From Azolla caroliniana (lineage: Eukaryota; Plantae; Polypodiophyta): a stretch of 64,000 nt of DNA. Below the pieces are notes generated by a model that did no database searches, was not told where the DNA came from, and saw only the letters and a list, made by a program, of their open reading frames with translations. Shown here one piece after another: positions 50,605 through 62,899 of the stretch. The position numbers were made by a program, and so were the translations under genes. The stretch's first letter is position 1. Each line of letters starts with the position of its first letter. The stretch is from NCBI GenBank assembly GCA_043228905.1, contig JBHGNT010000015.1, positions 7,626,001-7,690,000 on the forward strand. The letters are read 5' to 3'.

Positions 50605-53600
50605 TGTTACGAGCATGACCATTTAATATCCCGTGGTGAGAATTTACCGTAGTATTCTATACACGTGGATAAGTGTGAGGGTTAAACGAGAGTGTAAAGA
50701 AGGGGAGTATGTTACGGGCATGACCATTTAATATTCCGTGGTGAGAATTTACCGTAGTATTCTATACACGTGGATAAGTGTGAGGGTTCAATGAGAGTGT
50801 AAAGAAGGGGAGGATTACTTTTAATCCTCGGATTGAGACAACCCATTAGGTCAAGTGTGAACTTGCCTGGGGGCCTTGAGTATCGCTATAAATAAGAGGC
50901 CTAGCTACCCTCATTTGGTGATCTTTTGACTACATCGAGACTCTGCTCTTGTGGTGGGTCAACTCTTGTAGCGAGCGCGCCAGCACCAGGTATGACTCGA
51001 CGCCACGGCGGTGGTATGGGACACCGATTGAGGCTCGAGTCCGTCTCGATCCCTTCGCTCGGGGGTGGTCGGGTGGATCGACACCCTTCTTTCTCTTTCT
51101 CCTTTCTATCTATCATTAGTTCATCCTTATCTTAAGCTTACTTTAGTACCAAGATCACTAATATTTGGTATCAGAGCTATGTACTAATGTTTCTTTGTTT
51201 CTCTTTTGTCTTTTGATTGATGGTGATCGATCGATGTGTGGTCGGCCTTGATCTAGACAACGATCAACAAAGAACTTCGGTAACTCTTTCCGTAATTTTT
51301 TTTTCTATTCTCTCTTCTCCCATCTAATCATGTGTTTAGTTTATATGTCATTTTTTTTCATTAAGTCAATGATGTTGTAATGGTCTTTAATTGATTATCT
51401 AAAACGTTTACATATGTGCACGAGGTCAATACGTCGTTTGACATATAAATAATATGTGATGAGTGTCGTATGCGTACGAGGTTAATACCTCAATTACGTA
51501 TTACATTCATGAACATATGTTACGTTTGCGTATGAGTTTAATACCTTGATTTGTTGTAAAGGATATGTGTTTGGTCTCGTATGCGTAAGAGGTCAATACC
51601 TCAATTGCGTATTACGATGATCTCTTATTTGTGGATGTTTCGTGTGCGTAGAGGTATATACCTCGATTACGTATCTCGATCACATCATTTGTGGCTATTT
51701 AATATAACGATATTTTTAATATAGGCATATGTGGTCACGTATATGCGTATTTGATCGTATATATGTGATAAGTAAACATATGTGTATATTCGTTATTACA
51801 TGATTATATCGAAAGTTGTCCTTGTCGGGAAAAGGATGTTGGTGGCTATCCTCACATTTTTGTGAGAATGGCGTTGTCACCATCCCTTTTTCAACAATTT
51901 TTTATTGTTGACAACCCCGTTGATGACCTCGATTTCGTTACGTAAAGAAACGCCTATAGCCATAATGATGTTGAGTACGTAGGGCTTGACCCACTTCAAG
52001 TGAGGTCGCTCCAATGACACACGTATCCAACATCCCTCCCTCGTTACATGGATACGATGCCACCATGAGCTCATTCTTACGAGAGGCATTCGTAATGACG
52101 TGACCATGTGATGGGCCACATGGGCCTACTACGAAACGAGGGCTCATTTGGCTTGACCATTAGGTTGCACTTTGGCGTATGCCATCGTAATTACAAGACT
52201 TGAGGTTAGGTAACGTACCAACATAGTTTTGGTAAATGAGGGCGAAATAAGGACCCTTGACATATATGTTCTTTTTAAAAAAACATATATGATCAAATGC
52301 CTCGCATATCTCTTATACGCATCAAACATTAAGCATTCGAGAAGAGCAACTTACTTGGTTGGCTCAAGTGTTTAATGTATTTGTTCTCGAGATCTCGAGT
52401 TCAAATATGAGCAAGAGCATACAATATCCTTGATACATATGAATATAACACATGTTTAGACTTAAGGTCTAAGTGCACCTCGGGGTCCTCGTAATAGGAC
52501 TTAAAGAGCCGAAACCACATATGTGGGCAAAGAAACATAGTTTATTGTTAACATTTTTTTCATGTATAAACTACTCATGACACGAACATACATGGTTGAG
52601 CCTCGGGGAGCCGCCATGAAAAAATCGATATAGAGATCAGGGAAAGTCATTAAATTGTCACCCCCATGGGTTTTAAAACACCTTTGTGTTACCATAGTAA
52701 CCTGATCTTGAACCTCATCTCATATGTCTAGAGGGGTATTGACGTGAGATCATGATATCAATTAATGTTTGCCCATGATATGTTTACATCACGACATGAT
52801 GTTATGACTATCTCTCTGACCTTATCCTATTTCTTTTCCAGAAATAATCTTTAATGGCTCAAATTGACGACCCGATGTCATCCGCTCAAGCGGAAGGAAC
52901 TCAAGGAAATCCTCCTGGACACATGTCCACTGAGATGTATTTGGCACAAATAAGCCAATACCTTAGTTTCACTGCTCAACAAATGACCAAACTTCGGCAA
53001 TCTCAGAGTGCTCTTGAGGCACGTGTCATTAGTCTACAACGTGAGACTAATAGACCTGATGAGCAACAAGGTGAACCATCATTTGTCGTTAAGCCATTTA
53101 CGGGAGACAAAAAGGAAAGAACCGAAGAAGCAATCTACACCTGGTTGGGCCGATGGGAGTCTCATTTTGAGCTCTATCCTACGCCAGATAGTACGAAGAT
53201 TGCATATGTCGGCCGAGAACTCGGGGGTAAGGTTCCGTACTATGGGGAAATTGCCCGATACCTGCACAGATTTTGTCACGGTTTTCAAAGGCCAATTTCT
53301 GCAACCTCCCTCTCGAACCAAGGCAGCACAAGTTTTAATGAACCTCTCTAGCAGGAAATTTTCCTCGCTAGAAGACTATGTTCACCATGCTAGAACCCAA
53401 ATCCAAAAATCGGGTCTAGAAGGGGACAATTGGTTGATAGCTTGTTTTGTCAATGGCATCCCCAATTCGGACTATCACTGGATAGTGCACGATAAGGATC
53501 CAAAATCCTTCAAAAAGGCCATTGAAATAGTTCTTCGCTATCAACGCACTTCGAAGAAGGACCAAAACAAACCCAAAGAAGCGCCCGGGACTAAACAGTC

Positions 53601-53790
53601 GCAATTCGTTGGGAAACGCAAGACACCCAACGAATTCCTGGATCGCGATTGTAAGCGACAACATCCTTTTTGCGCATTCTGCAAAAAGAAGGGTCACACA
53701 AAAGAGCAATGTCGAAAGCTCCAACGGAAAGAGCACGACAGCAAACCTAAAGCTTCAGACCATAAAGGTCAGATTCCTAATGTCCTTGAG
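50605..53790 (+). mobile_element. Met-primed chromovirus-type Gypsy copy 2 (LTR with 105-bp duplicated start, PBS, 1.7-kb leader, gag)
   Basis: LTR 50710-51163 matches 38244-38672, extra copy of its start at 50605-50709, PBS TGGTATCAGAGC at 51166. gag from 52854 with CAFCKKKGHTKEQC. Confidence 0.9.
51410..51675. repeat. Five palindromic ~35-bp repeats at ~56-bp spacing
   Basis: Consensus GTATGCGTA.GAGGT.AATACCTC.ATTACGTA; cores at 51422, 51478, 51534, 51589 and 51651. Confidence 0.8.
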
Positions 53791-56380
53791 GTCAGATCAA
53801 GGAGATTTGTGATGCACTCAAGTCCATCAGCATGATTGTGGACCAAGACGAGATGGTGCAAATTTGCCTTGGTGGGTTAGCTCAAAAATACGGGATGATA
53901 TGAACGGCTATCTTCACGAGGGAGAAGCCTGCGTCATTTTTAACTTACAATCAATACCTCGTAAACGAGAACCACACAGGTGCATCAACGAGCATACACT
54001 CTGACAACAAGATGTTCTACATAGAGGCGAATTGGCCCCGCGGTCATGGAGGACGAGGCGGATCCGCATGCAATGGAGGTGGCCGACAAGAGAAAAACTA
54101 GAGACACATAGGAAGTGTCAACAACAATGGACCCTGCACAAGTAGGGGGAGTTAGGGTGGTGCCGGAAGCTGGCAAGAAAAGGCCATGGACTTCTGGTAT
54201 TGTGGCCGAAAGAATCACAAAGAGAGAGAATGTTGGAAAAAGAAATTGAATTTGAACAGAGCCGAATCGAGTTGTGCCGATGGAGAAAGGTGGCAAAGGT
54301 CGCACTACACTGAAGGCTGAGGGCGAGCCGAAACTAGCCCTGCATTTGTGATGAAGCTGAAAGCTGAATCTTGACCACCTGAAGGTGGCAAAGTACAATG
54401 TCGACGGTTCGGTCAAACGGTACAAGGCCCGATTAGTGGCGAAGGGATATGCACAGACCCACGGAATCGACTACGACGAGGAGCGAAGATGACAACGGTT
54501 TGTGTGGTACTAGTTGTTGTTGCGGCAAGGGGATGGCATCTTCACCAAATGGACGTGAAGAATGTGTTTCTTCAAGGTGACTTTGAAGAATGGGTCTATA
54601 TGATCCAACCCCCCAGTTTTGAATCAGAGCTGAACAGGTCGGCGGTGTGTCGACTCAAAAAATCATTGTATGGTTTGAAGCAAGCCCCCCGAGCTTGGAA
54701 TGAGAAGATCACCCACTGGTTGCATGAGATGGGGTTTGTGGCCTCAAAGTCCAACTCTTCACTGTTCATTCGGAAAGGTCTAGACCGTCTGGTTTGTATC
54801 CTACTATATGTAGATGATCTAGTCATCACCAGACCCGGACTCTATGAATTCGGCCAAGTGAAGTCCCAGTTGTCGAACGCATTTGAAATGAAGGACCTGG
54901 GGGACCTTCATTATTTTCTTGGGGTCGAGGTGATCCGGACCCCCGACGGCATATTCCTCTCACAACACCATTATGTGTTGAATATGGTGTACATGTTCTC
55001 CATGACGAAATGCCGACCGATCTCCACACCCTTGGACCGTCCTGCAATGAGAAACGGTTCTGACAAATTGTCGGAAGCCTTATCTACTTCACAATCACCC
55101 AACCCGACATCAGTTATCCGATCGGAGAGATCAGCCAGTTTATGCAGAAGCCGACAGTGGAGCACCTTCAGTGCGTGCATAGACTATTGTGATATGTGAG
55201 CGGCATGAAGGACCAGGAACTGTTATACTAACATGGTATAGCTGGAAAGCTAGTCAGATATACGGATGCCGACTGGGCCGGTGATGCATCGGATCACCGA
55301 TCCACCTCCGGTTATATGTTCTCTCTTGGTAGCACGGTTGTTGCGTAGAGCAGCAAAAAGCAGCCAACAGTGGCTCTGTCGAACACTAAGACTGAATACC
55401 AAGGCGTTACCATTGCCACCTGTGAAGCCATCTCGCTTCGCCGACTGCTGCGAGACCTCCGGATCGAGGTGCCGACCCCGATCTTGATCTTTTGCGACAA
55501 CGTAAGCAGCATACAGCTCGCCAAGAACCCTGTATTCCATGCTCAAACAAAGCACATAAAAGTGCATTATCACTTTGTCTATGGGCAAGTCCTGAATGGT
55601 GAAGTTGAACTTCGGTATGTTCACACAGATCGGTAGGTTGCCGACATCTTCATCAAGCCGCTTGGATCAGACAAGTTGCATCACTTTTCGGAGATGCTCG
55701 GCATTCAGCATCTCGACGTGTCGCACTTGAGGGGGAGAACGGGAACCGAAACGGGTAATAGCACCGGATAAGGAGCCAGAGAGAAAGAGAAACGAACCAA
55801 GACAGGGGGAGATAAGAAGAAAAAGGAAGCCGTGTCGACTGGAAAAGTCAACATATTCGAGCAAGCCAGAACAAGCAGTGGTGGTGGCAGAGTAAAAAAG
55901 GATAGTCTAAGAGTCGACCGAAAGGAGAAGCCCAGGACCCGGACATGGTCCGATGTTGTGAAAGGCCAAAAAACGGAAGATGAGCTAGAGACTACCAACT
56001 CGGACAAGATGATCTAGAGACTACCAACTCGAACAAGAACCAGATCCGTGTCCGGATGATATCCGGAACCAGGAGCCGGATCGGATTGAAACCAGTAGGC
56101 CGTTAGAGGCCTACGGATCCAGCCTAGTACGTAGGCATATTTTTTGAGCATTGAAGAACCTGTCAGTACTTCTGTCAGTCCTTTATGGACTTGTATAAAA
56201 GTGCTCTCTGAGCACATTCTATGTATAGAGGATTATTATTTTTGAATTGAGTTTATGTTTTGTTCTCTTGTCTCTCCCGTGTATTCTCTATGTAAGGTCT
56301 GCATTAAACCTTCTTCTCTACGTTCTGTTGGTATCCGGTTGAGCCGGTTTGTCATACTCTTCCACATATTATTGTTGACA
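53790..56380 (+). mobile_element. Ty1/Copia family B deleted copy (gag piece, RT, RNase H, tail, partial LTR)
   Basis: EMVQICLGGL gag, jump near 54370 to [39 protein letters not shown]. 56040-56380 resembles the LTR at 23362-23810. Confidence 0.9.
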
Positions 56381-56399
56381 ACCCTCAAAGCTAGAAACG

Positions 56400-57698
56400 A
56401 AAAGGCTCAACGAGTTGATCCCAAGGGTGGCCGGCAAGAGGAGGTCAACTACATCGGCTCATTAGCCGAAGTATTGACTAACGACCCGTACATTCTATTC
56501 ATTGAACACTCAGTCGAATCAGAAATTCTACTTACGACTGAAGAGTCAAGCACTTGGCTCCCGGATTCAGGCGCTTCATATCATGTGACTGTTAGGAATA
56601 TGTCCCTCCAGAGGGAGGAACCGACTGTTCGGGCCAAGAAGTGCTGAAAGTCAAAGACTAGGAGAAGCAAATTGTTCGGGACGAGTACCGATGGTTGAAG
56701 AGTTGACTGCGAGAAAGTCGACTGTCAGAGTCGACAGAAAGGAGATCCAGGTCGAAGACGCGACTGACTAATCCAGCCGACTAGTCGAACCGGCTAGACA
56801 ATCAACACTAGGGTCAACTAATGGCTACTTATTATCATAGATAATAATAGTAGTGATGTGTAGTAGGGGTTACATTTGTAAACAACCCATACAGGGTATA
56901 AGTATAAATACACTTAGGGCAAGTTGTGTGTGTATGTGTTTGCGAGAACAGTGTGTGATCCTCTGTTGTAGCTAACAATAGAGAAGAGTGAGAACGTGAA
57001 GAGAGGTTAAGCAAGCGGCGCCATAACTATGTTCTGTAACAGCATATGCCAAGAGCCCTGCGCAGTTGATACACTTGGTGTAGAGAGTATTCTACTCTAA
57101 TCTCATCATTGTATATCCACTGTATAGTGAAGCTCTGTTCTCTATGGTTTTCTCCCGCTTTAGGTTTTCCGAACTATGTATTTCAGCGCATTCCTTCTTG
57201 TGGATTGACGATTCGTTTCTCAACAGTGACTCCTCACAGATCTCAGTTTCGGCAATACTTGTCCCGGCACTTCAACTCTGTCCGAGTTAGAAATTCGCAG
57301 CACTGTGCTATAATTGAAATCGGCACAGTACAACTTAACCTTCTTGGTGGCTCTACATTAGAACTACACAATGTTCAACATGTACCTGAGCTCTCACGAC
57401 CGCTGATCTCAGTCAGACAACTTGATGAAGATGGCATCCATGTGGGCTTCTCATCAAGAGGGTGGATACTCCACTGGGGGAACCTCCTACTTGCTCGAGG
57501 TTCAAAAGTACATTCATTGTACCCGCTATACATCACACTCAAAGAGGGTGACTTGTTTTTGGTCGACATTCCAGTGTCATCGTTATGGCACGAACGACTC
57601 GGTCACCTCAGCAAGGCCTGCATAACGCACTTATCCAAAGCCGGATATATCCCCAAACTCTCATTCTCCGACCATCAGTTTTGCAAGCATTGCCAATA
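56400..57698 (+). mobile_element. Copia protease and GAG-pre-integrase fragment carrying a solo LTR
   Basis: WLPDSGASYHVT|PHR, VQHVPEL..LISV.QLD, LWHERLGHLS, FCKHCQY. Confidence 0.9.
56590..57225 (+). repeat. Solo LTR (636 bp) with GTGAC TSD
   Basis: TGTTAG...TCAACA flanked by GTGAC at 56585-56589 and 57226-57230. The start resembles the Copia C LTR at 34697. Confidence 0.92.
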
Positions 57699-58630
57699 TG
57701 ACATGACACAGTTCCGATAGATTGTTAGAAGCCTGATCTACCTAACCATCACCCAACCGGACCTCAGCTATCCGGTTGGCTTGATCAATCAATTTATGTC
57801 GCATCTAACGTTCAATCACCTTTAGTGCGTCCAGAGGATATTGCGATATGTCTGCGGCACTAAGGATCGTGGGATGCTATATCGGACAAGTGTAGCCAAA
57901 CAGGTCGTCGGTTCAAAGTAATCAATACCCCAAAAGGCATATTCATCAGCCAAAGACATTACATGTTGAATATGCTCGTCAAATTCTTCAGGAAGGATTG
58001 TAAGTTCGTCTCGACTCCCCTTGACAGGAATGTCAAGATTTTCCATGGATCAGGACCGAGTTGTGACATGACACGATTCCGGCAGATTGTTAGAAGCCTA
58101 ATCTACCTAACCATCACCCAACCGGACCTCAGCTATCCGTTCAGCTTGATCAATCAATTTATATCGCAACCGACATCCAATCAACTTTAGTGCATCCAGA
58201 GGATATTGCGATATGTCGGCGGCACTAAGAATCGCGGGATGCTATATCAGACAGGTGTAGCCAAACAAGTCGTCGGCTCGAAGTAATCCGTACCCCAGAA
58301 GGCATATTCGTGAGCCAAAGACATTACGTGTTGAATATGCTCGTCAAATTCGTCATGACAGATTGTAAGTCCGTCTCGACTCCCCTTGACAGGAATGTCA
58401 AGCTTTGCCATGGATCAAGGCCGAGTTGTGACATGACACAGTTCCGACAGATTGTTAGAAGCCTAATCTACCTAACCATCACCCAGTTGGACCTCAACTA
58501 TCTGTTTGGCTTGATCAATCAATTTATGTCGCAGCGACATCCAATCACCTTTAGTGCGCACAGAGGATATTGTGATATGTCAACGGCACTAAGGATCATG
58601 GGGTGCTATATCGAGCAGGGGTAGCTGAAC
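57699..58630 (+). repeat. 365-bp tandem triplication of a Copia RT C-terminal segment
   Basis: TGACATGACAC at 57699, 58064 and 58429; each unit encodes RQIVRSLIYLTITQPDL. Confidence 0.92.
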
Positions 58631-60317
58631 AACTCGTCGACTACACATATGCTAATTGGGCGGAACTGCAGGTGATCACCCATCAACATCGGGATATGCT
58701 TTCTCATTTGGGAGTGTAGTGATCGCCTGGTGCAACAAAAAGCCGCCAACAATGGCACTATCGAGCACTGAGGCCCAATACAAAGGAGCGACATGTGAAG
58801 CCATTTGGCTCAAACAATTACTAAAGTATCTGCGGGTAGAGGTTGTTGATCCAACGATGATCTACTGTGAAAACCTCAGCATCATCGAACTTGCTAAGGA
58901 CCTCGACTTCCACGCTCGGACATAACATATCAAAATGCCTTATCACTTCGTGTGCGAGCGAGTTCTCTCTAGTGTATGTTTTGACAGATCCGTAGATGCC
59001 CGACATCTTCACCAAGCCTCTCAGACTTGACAAGTTGCGTAAATTCTCGGGCATGCTTGGGCTACAACACCTCGACTTTCGGAACTTGAGGGGGAGAGTC
59101 GAAGTTGAAGTCGAAGAGAGACTTGACAAGAGAGACGAATCGGCGGAGGACAATGAATCAGACAAGAGAAGAATTGGAAGAAAATCAGCCAAGGGAAGAC
59201 CAGTAGACGACTTCAGCTATCTGGCCGACCTCCTCAGCCAATTCATGCAGAAACCACATGATATTCATCTAGATTGTGCTAAGCAAGTCTTACGATACGT
59301 GAGTGGTACGATGGGTTACGACATTCTCTACAAGTCGGCAATGTTGATTCGACTCAACGGGTACATAAATGTCGAGTGGGTCAGCTACAAAGCTGACTGA
59401 CATTCAACTTCAGGATCCGTCTTCTCTATTGGAAGTGGGGCCATATCATGGAGCAACAAGAAGCAGTCGACCCTTCCCACTATCGAGCACCAAGGCCAAA
59501 TACAAGGGCACGACCATAGCTGCATGTGAAGCCATATGGCTCAAAAAGATTCTAAAGGATTTGGACGTCTCCATCAATGATCCAATCTTAATATACTGTG
59601 ACAATCTCAACAGTATGTCTTGATCAGAACCCACTCTTTCATGCTCAAACAAAGCATATCGAGGTGCACTACCACTTCATCTGAGAATGTATCCTTGCTG
59701 GGGATGTCGACCTTCAACACATCAGCACAAATCTTCAAACGATCGACATTTTCAAGAAAGCTCTAGGAGTCAACAAGCTTCGGCAATTCACGTTGGACCT
59801 TGGTTTGTTGACCTTTGACTTGGCAAGCTTGAGGGTAGTACCAACCAAAGTCAAAATCAGAGCCGGGCATACCAAAAGTCGAACACTAATGGAGCCAAAA
59901 TCGGACGAGCAAGCAAAGCCGAAAGGGAACGAATGAGTGAAGCCAAAAGCCAAACATCGAGGCTGAACGCCGACTCGCACCAAGTTGAGCTTGAAGGGGC
60001 GTTTTGAGAATCAAACTCAACTAGAGTGTGAATACACTAATGTGTCATAGAACATAACTTCTATGCCACATAGTTAAAGAGTTAGTTAAGGTTTCCCCCC
60101 TTTCTTGAGAAGGTTGTTTTAGTGAGCAAGTATAGAGAGAGGGTGACCTTATAAGCACCCTCCTCTCTCCCTTTGTAAATTGTTGGTTGTTATTGTTTAA
60201 TGTGAAATATGCAATTTCTATTATCTGTCTATTTTGCGTTTGTTCTCTCTTCTCTTATACACACAGACACCATTGATCTACTTCTGCAACATATAATCAC
60301 ACAGTTGATTATTTACA
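58630..60317 (+). mobile_element. Two successive Copia B-type RNase H remnants, PPT and 3' LTR
   Basis: STSGYAF..ALSSTEA..DIFTKPL (58630-59100) and a second remnant at 59200-59830. PPT CAAGTTGAGCTTGAAGGGG at 59981, LTR ~60000-60317. Confidence 0.85.
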
Positions 60318-60920
60318 AGGCATTCAATATATACATCATATGTATCCATATATGATTTAGGGTTACGTGTTCATATTTAAGCATTTATTGCATAGCGAAA
60401 CCTAATCGAACATGTTGAGAATCTTAACCATTTGAATATGTGTATGTATCTCTAGAATTAGTTTCTCAAGGATAAATAGCTAGTCAATGTTTAGAAAAAG
60501 GGGAGACTCTTTATTTATTTTATTTAAATTTTTTTTTGGGGGGGCGGGGGGGCGGGGGGTGGGAAATGCTCTTTATAGAATAAATGTTGAGATGCTGAAG
60601 GAGATTCTCATTTTGTCTGTTCTTTCTCCCACAATTAATGGGGTAGGCAAGGTGAGAAAACAGGGGAAAATAAGAAGAAAAAATCTTGTGGGGTAGGAGG
60701 CATTTTCAAGGTTGTTAGTTCTTAATCTATACGTGTATCAGTATGTATCTAATAAACTCACTGTTGTCTGTATGTATCTCTATGTATGTTTATAGTATAT
60801 ATATCTATCGACAACGTGGGGTGAGGTGGGGTGGGGTTGGTAGGTGGACTTGTCGGGATAGATAGATGTGTAACTTGGAGACAAAAAAGACAGATTGGAG
60901 AGGGGAGCTTCTTATCTCAG

Positions 60921-60921
<1 letters not shown>

Positions 60922-60951
<30 letters not shown>

Positions 60952-60980
60952 GTTTGTGTGTGTGAGAGAGAGAGAGAGAG
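60922..60980. repeat. Compound microsatellite (AT)n(GT)n(GA)n directly before the start codon
   Basis: Read directly from the sequence. Confidence 0.95.
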
Positions 60981-61871
60981 ATGGCCAGAGATGGAGGAGA
61001 TTTATTAGAAGAAGGGTTGCTTAGCACACCCCAAGACAAAGACAAAGACAAAGGCACAGGCACAGCACAGGAGAAGGAGGAGGAGGAAGATGGATCATCC
61101 AGCAGTTTGGAGGAGAAGCTACGACGGAGCCTTGCGGATCTGGTGGAGCACCGAGCATCGGCGGCATCGAGCCTCCGGCGCCGTCAATGGCGGTTGGAGA
61201 AGCCGAAGGCAGGGGCCAGAGGAGGAGAAGGAGAAGGAGAGGAAGGAAGAGCTGAGTGGCGGAAGAAGTTGGGGGAGGCCCTTGAGTCCACCACTGCCCA
61301 CATCATCATCCTCTCCCTCCTCCTCATCGACCTGTTGGCCACTGTAATTGACATCCTACACACAATCCACGCAGACTCCCGCAACCTCTCCACTTGCCTC
61401 TCCCTGCTTCACTCCTGCACTTGCACTTCCTCCGACTCTACGGACACCTCTGATCCCTGGGAAGCCCTGTCGTATATCGGCATCGTCATCCTCTGCATCC
61501 TCTTCCTCAATATCCTCGGCCTCCTAGTCTCCCTCGGTCCCCGCACCTTCTTCTCGCACCCCGGCTATGTCCTCGACTTTGTTGTAGTAGTAACCGCCCT
61601 TTCCCTTGAGTTCTTCCTTGACAGTGACAGCAGTATCGGTCTTCTCGTCATCTTCAACTTGTGGCGCATTGTCCGAGTTGCACATGGCATCTTCGAGTTC
61701 ACTGACGAGGCATGGGAGAAGAATGTGAAGAAGCTCGAAGCACAGATTAATTCAGTCGAAGCCAGACGGCAAGCTGACCTTCACACTATCAATGAGCTGC
61801 GAGCTCGCATCTGCTACTTGGAAGAGCAACCAAATCAAGGTTCACATAAGGGAGATGATCAATATTCTTGA
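60981..61871 (+). CDS. Hv1: Voltage-gated proton channel (Hv1/HVCN1-like), intronless, 296 aa
   Basis: Four TM helices without a pore domain. S1 IIILSLLLIDLL carries the Asp selectivity residue, S3 VLDFVVVV, S4 LWRIVRVAHG with the WRxxR signature, and a C-terminal coiled coil. Confidence 0.88.
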   Translation: MARDGGDLLEEGLLSTPQDKDKDKGTGTAQEKEEEEDGSSSSLEEKLRRSLADLVEHRASAASSLRRRQWRLEKPKAGARGGEGEGEEGRAEWRKKLGEALESTTAHIIILSLLLIDLLATVIDILHTIHADSRNLSTCLSLLHSCTCTSSDSTDTSDPWEALSYIGIVILCILFLNILGLLVSLGPRTFFSHPGYVLDFVVVVTALSLEFFLDSDSSIGLLVIFNLWRIVRVAHGIFEFTDEAWEKNVKKLEAQINSVEARRQADLHTINELRARICYLEEQPNQGSHKGDDQYS

Positions 61872-62712
61872 CGATCGTCGAATTGCTCCCGCTGTTCATA
61901 TGATTATGGTTGACCGAAATGTTCACATGATCAAAATTATTTACCTGGTGATCTAGTCATTGATCATTGTGTAGCTTTCCCAACCTTTAAAATAATATAT
62001 TCCTTCGCATCTTGTGTTGTCTTGGATATTCTATTCTAAGTTAAGTAGTGACAAGAAAACTACCGTTCATATATGTTTTTATTAAATAAATAGTAGTTTA
62101 ATAAGTCACAGAAATGAAAACCCTTGTTCATCGTGCCTACTTCATAGCATGATCTGGCTTCATAACTTGAAAGTTCCAAATTAATCAACATGCAACATGC
62201 TTTTGAAACTAGAACGTGTACATAGGAATGCAATTTGAACAAAATGATATTTTTCTTGAACACTGGCCCCTATGATAAGAGAAAGTCAATTTCCATACTC
62301 CATACCATCATCATAATTTAATATCAATACCCAATATTATGTTTTTTTTTTATTAACTGCATTGGGCAGAGCAAAGAATTTAAATAGAAGTTGTCGTTCA
62401 CAATGCAATGCCTTGCAATGAAATGAGGATACGAGTGGTGGATGATAAAAGAAATGTTTGATAGACCAGTTTTCATCATTCAAGTCTAGGGAAAACCAAA
62501 ATGAAAGCCCTCTCAGTAAATGAAGGAACTTCGTGCAATGATGGTGGTCAACCATAATTGCGACAAAATATCTGAGCAGTGAACATCTTTAACATGACAG
62601 TGATTTGTCATTGTGTACATCAGTGACATGATACACCAACCAATATTGTGGGAAGATGCATAAAAAATTATCAATGCCTCTCTTTTGATCCAGCTTTGGG
62701 CTGTGGTGTCCA

Positions 62713-62805
62713 TTATTTCCACAAAGTTGTGCCACCCCCGAGTGGAACTTTTGGAGAGAACATAGATGAAGTCCATATATTCGGACACAAGTTAAGCTGT
62801 AGACT
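62713..62805 (-). CDS. RSY3: Terminal exon of a tRNA(Ile)-lysidine synthase (TilS)/RASPBERRY3-like gene
   Basis: After a CAG acceptor (62806-62808) it reads SLQLNLCPNIWTSSMFSPKVPLGGGTTLWK*, matching the recalled RSY3 C-terminus F.P.VPLGGG. Confidence 0.8.
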   Translation of the reverse strand, partial: SLQLNLCPNIWTSSMFSPKVPLGGGTTLWK

Positions 62806-62899
62806 CTGCCAACATTAGGAGCATCTTATGAGTCCCATTATTTTATCAGCTAGATATAATTACATATACAAAACATTCAAGAAAAGTTTGAATATATAC

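Noticed and set aside
51410-51675. True CRISPR array
   Set aside because: Eukaryotic retrotransposon context, degenerate repeats, short spacers and no cas genes; kept only as a hairpin array.
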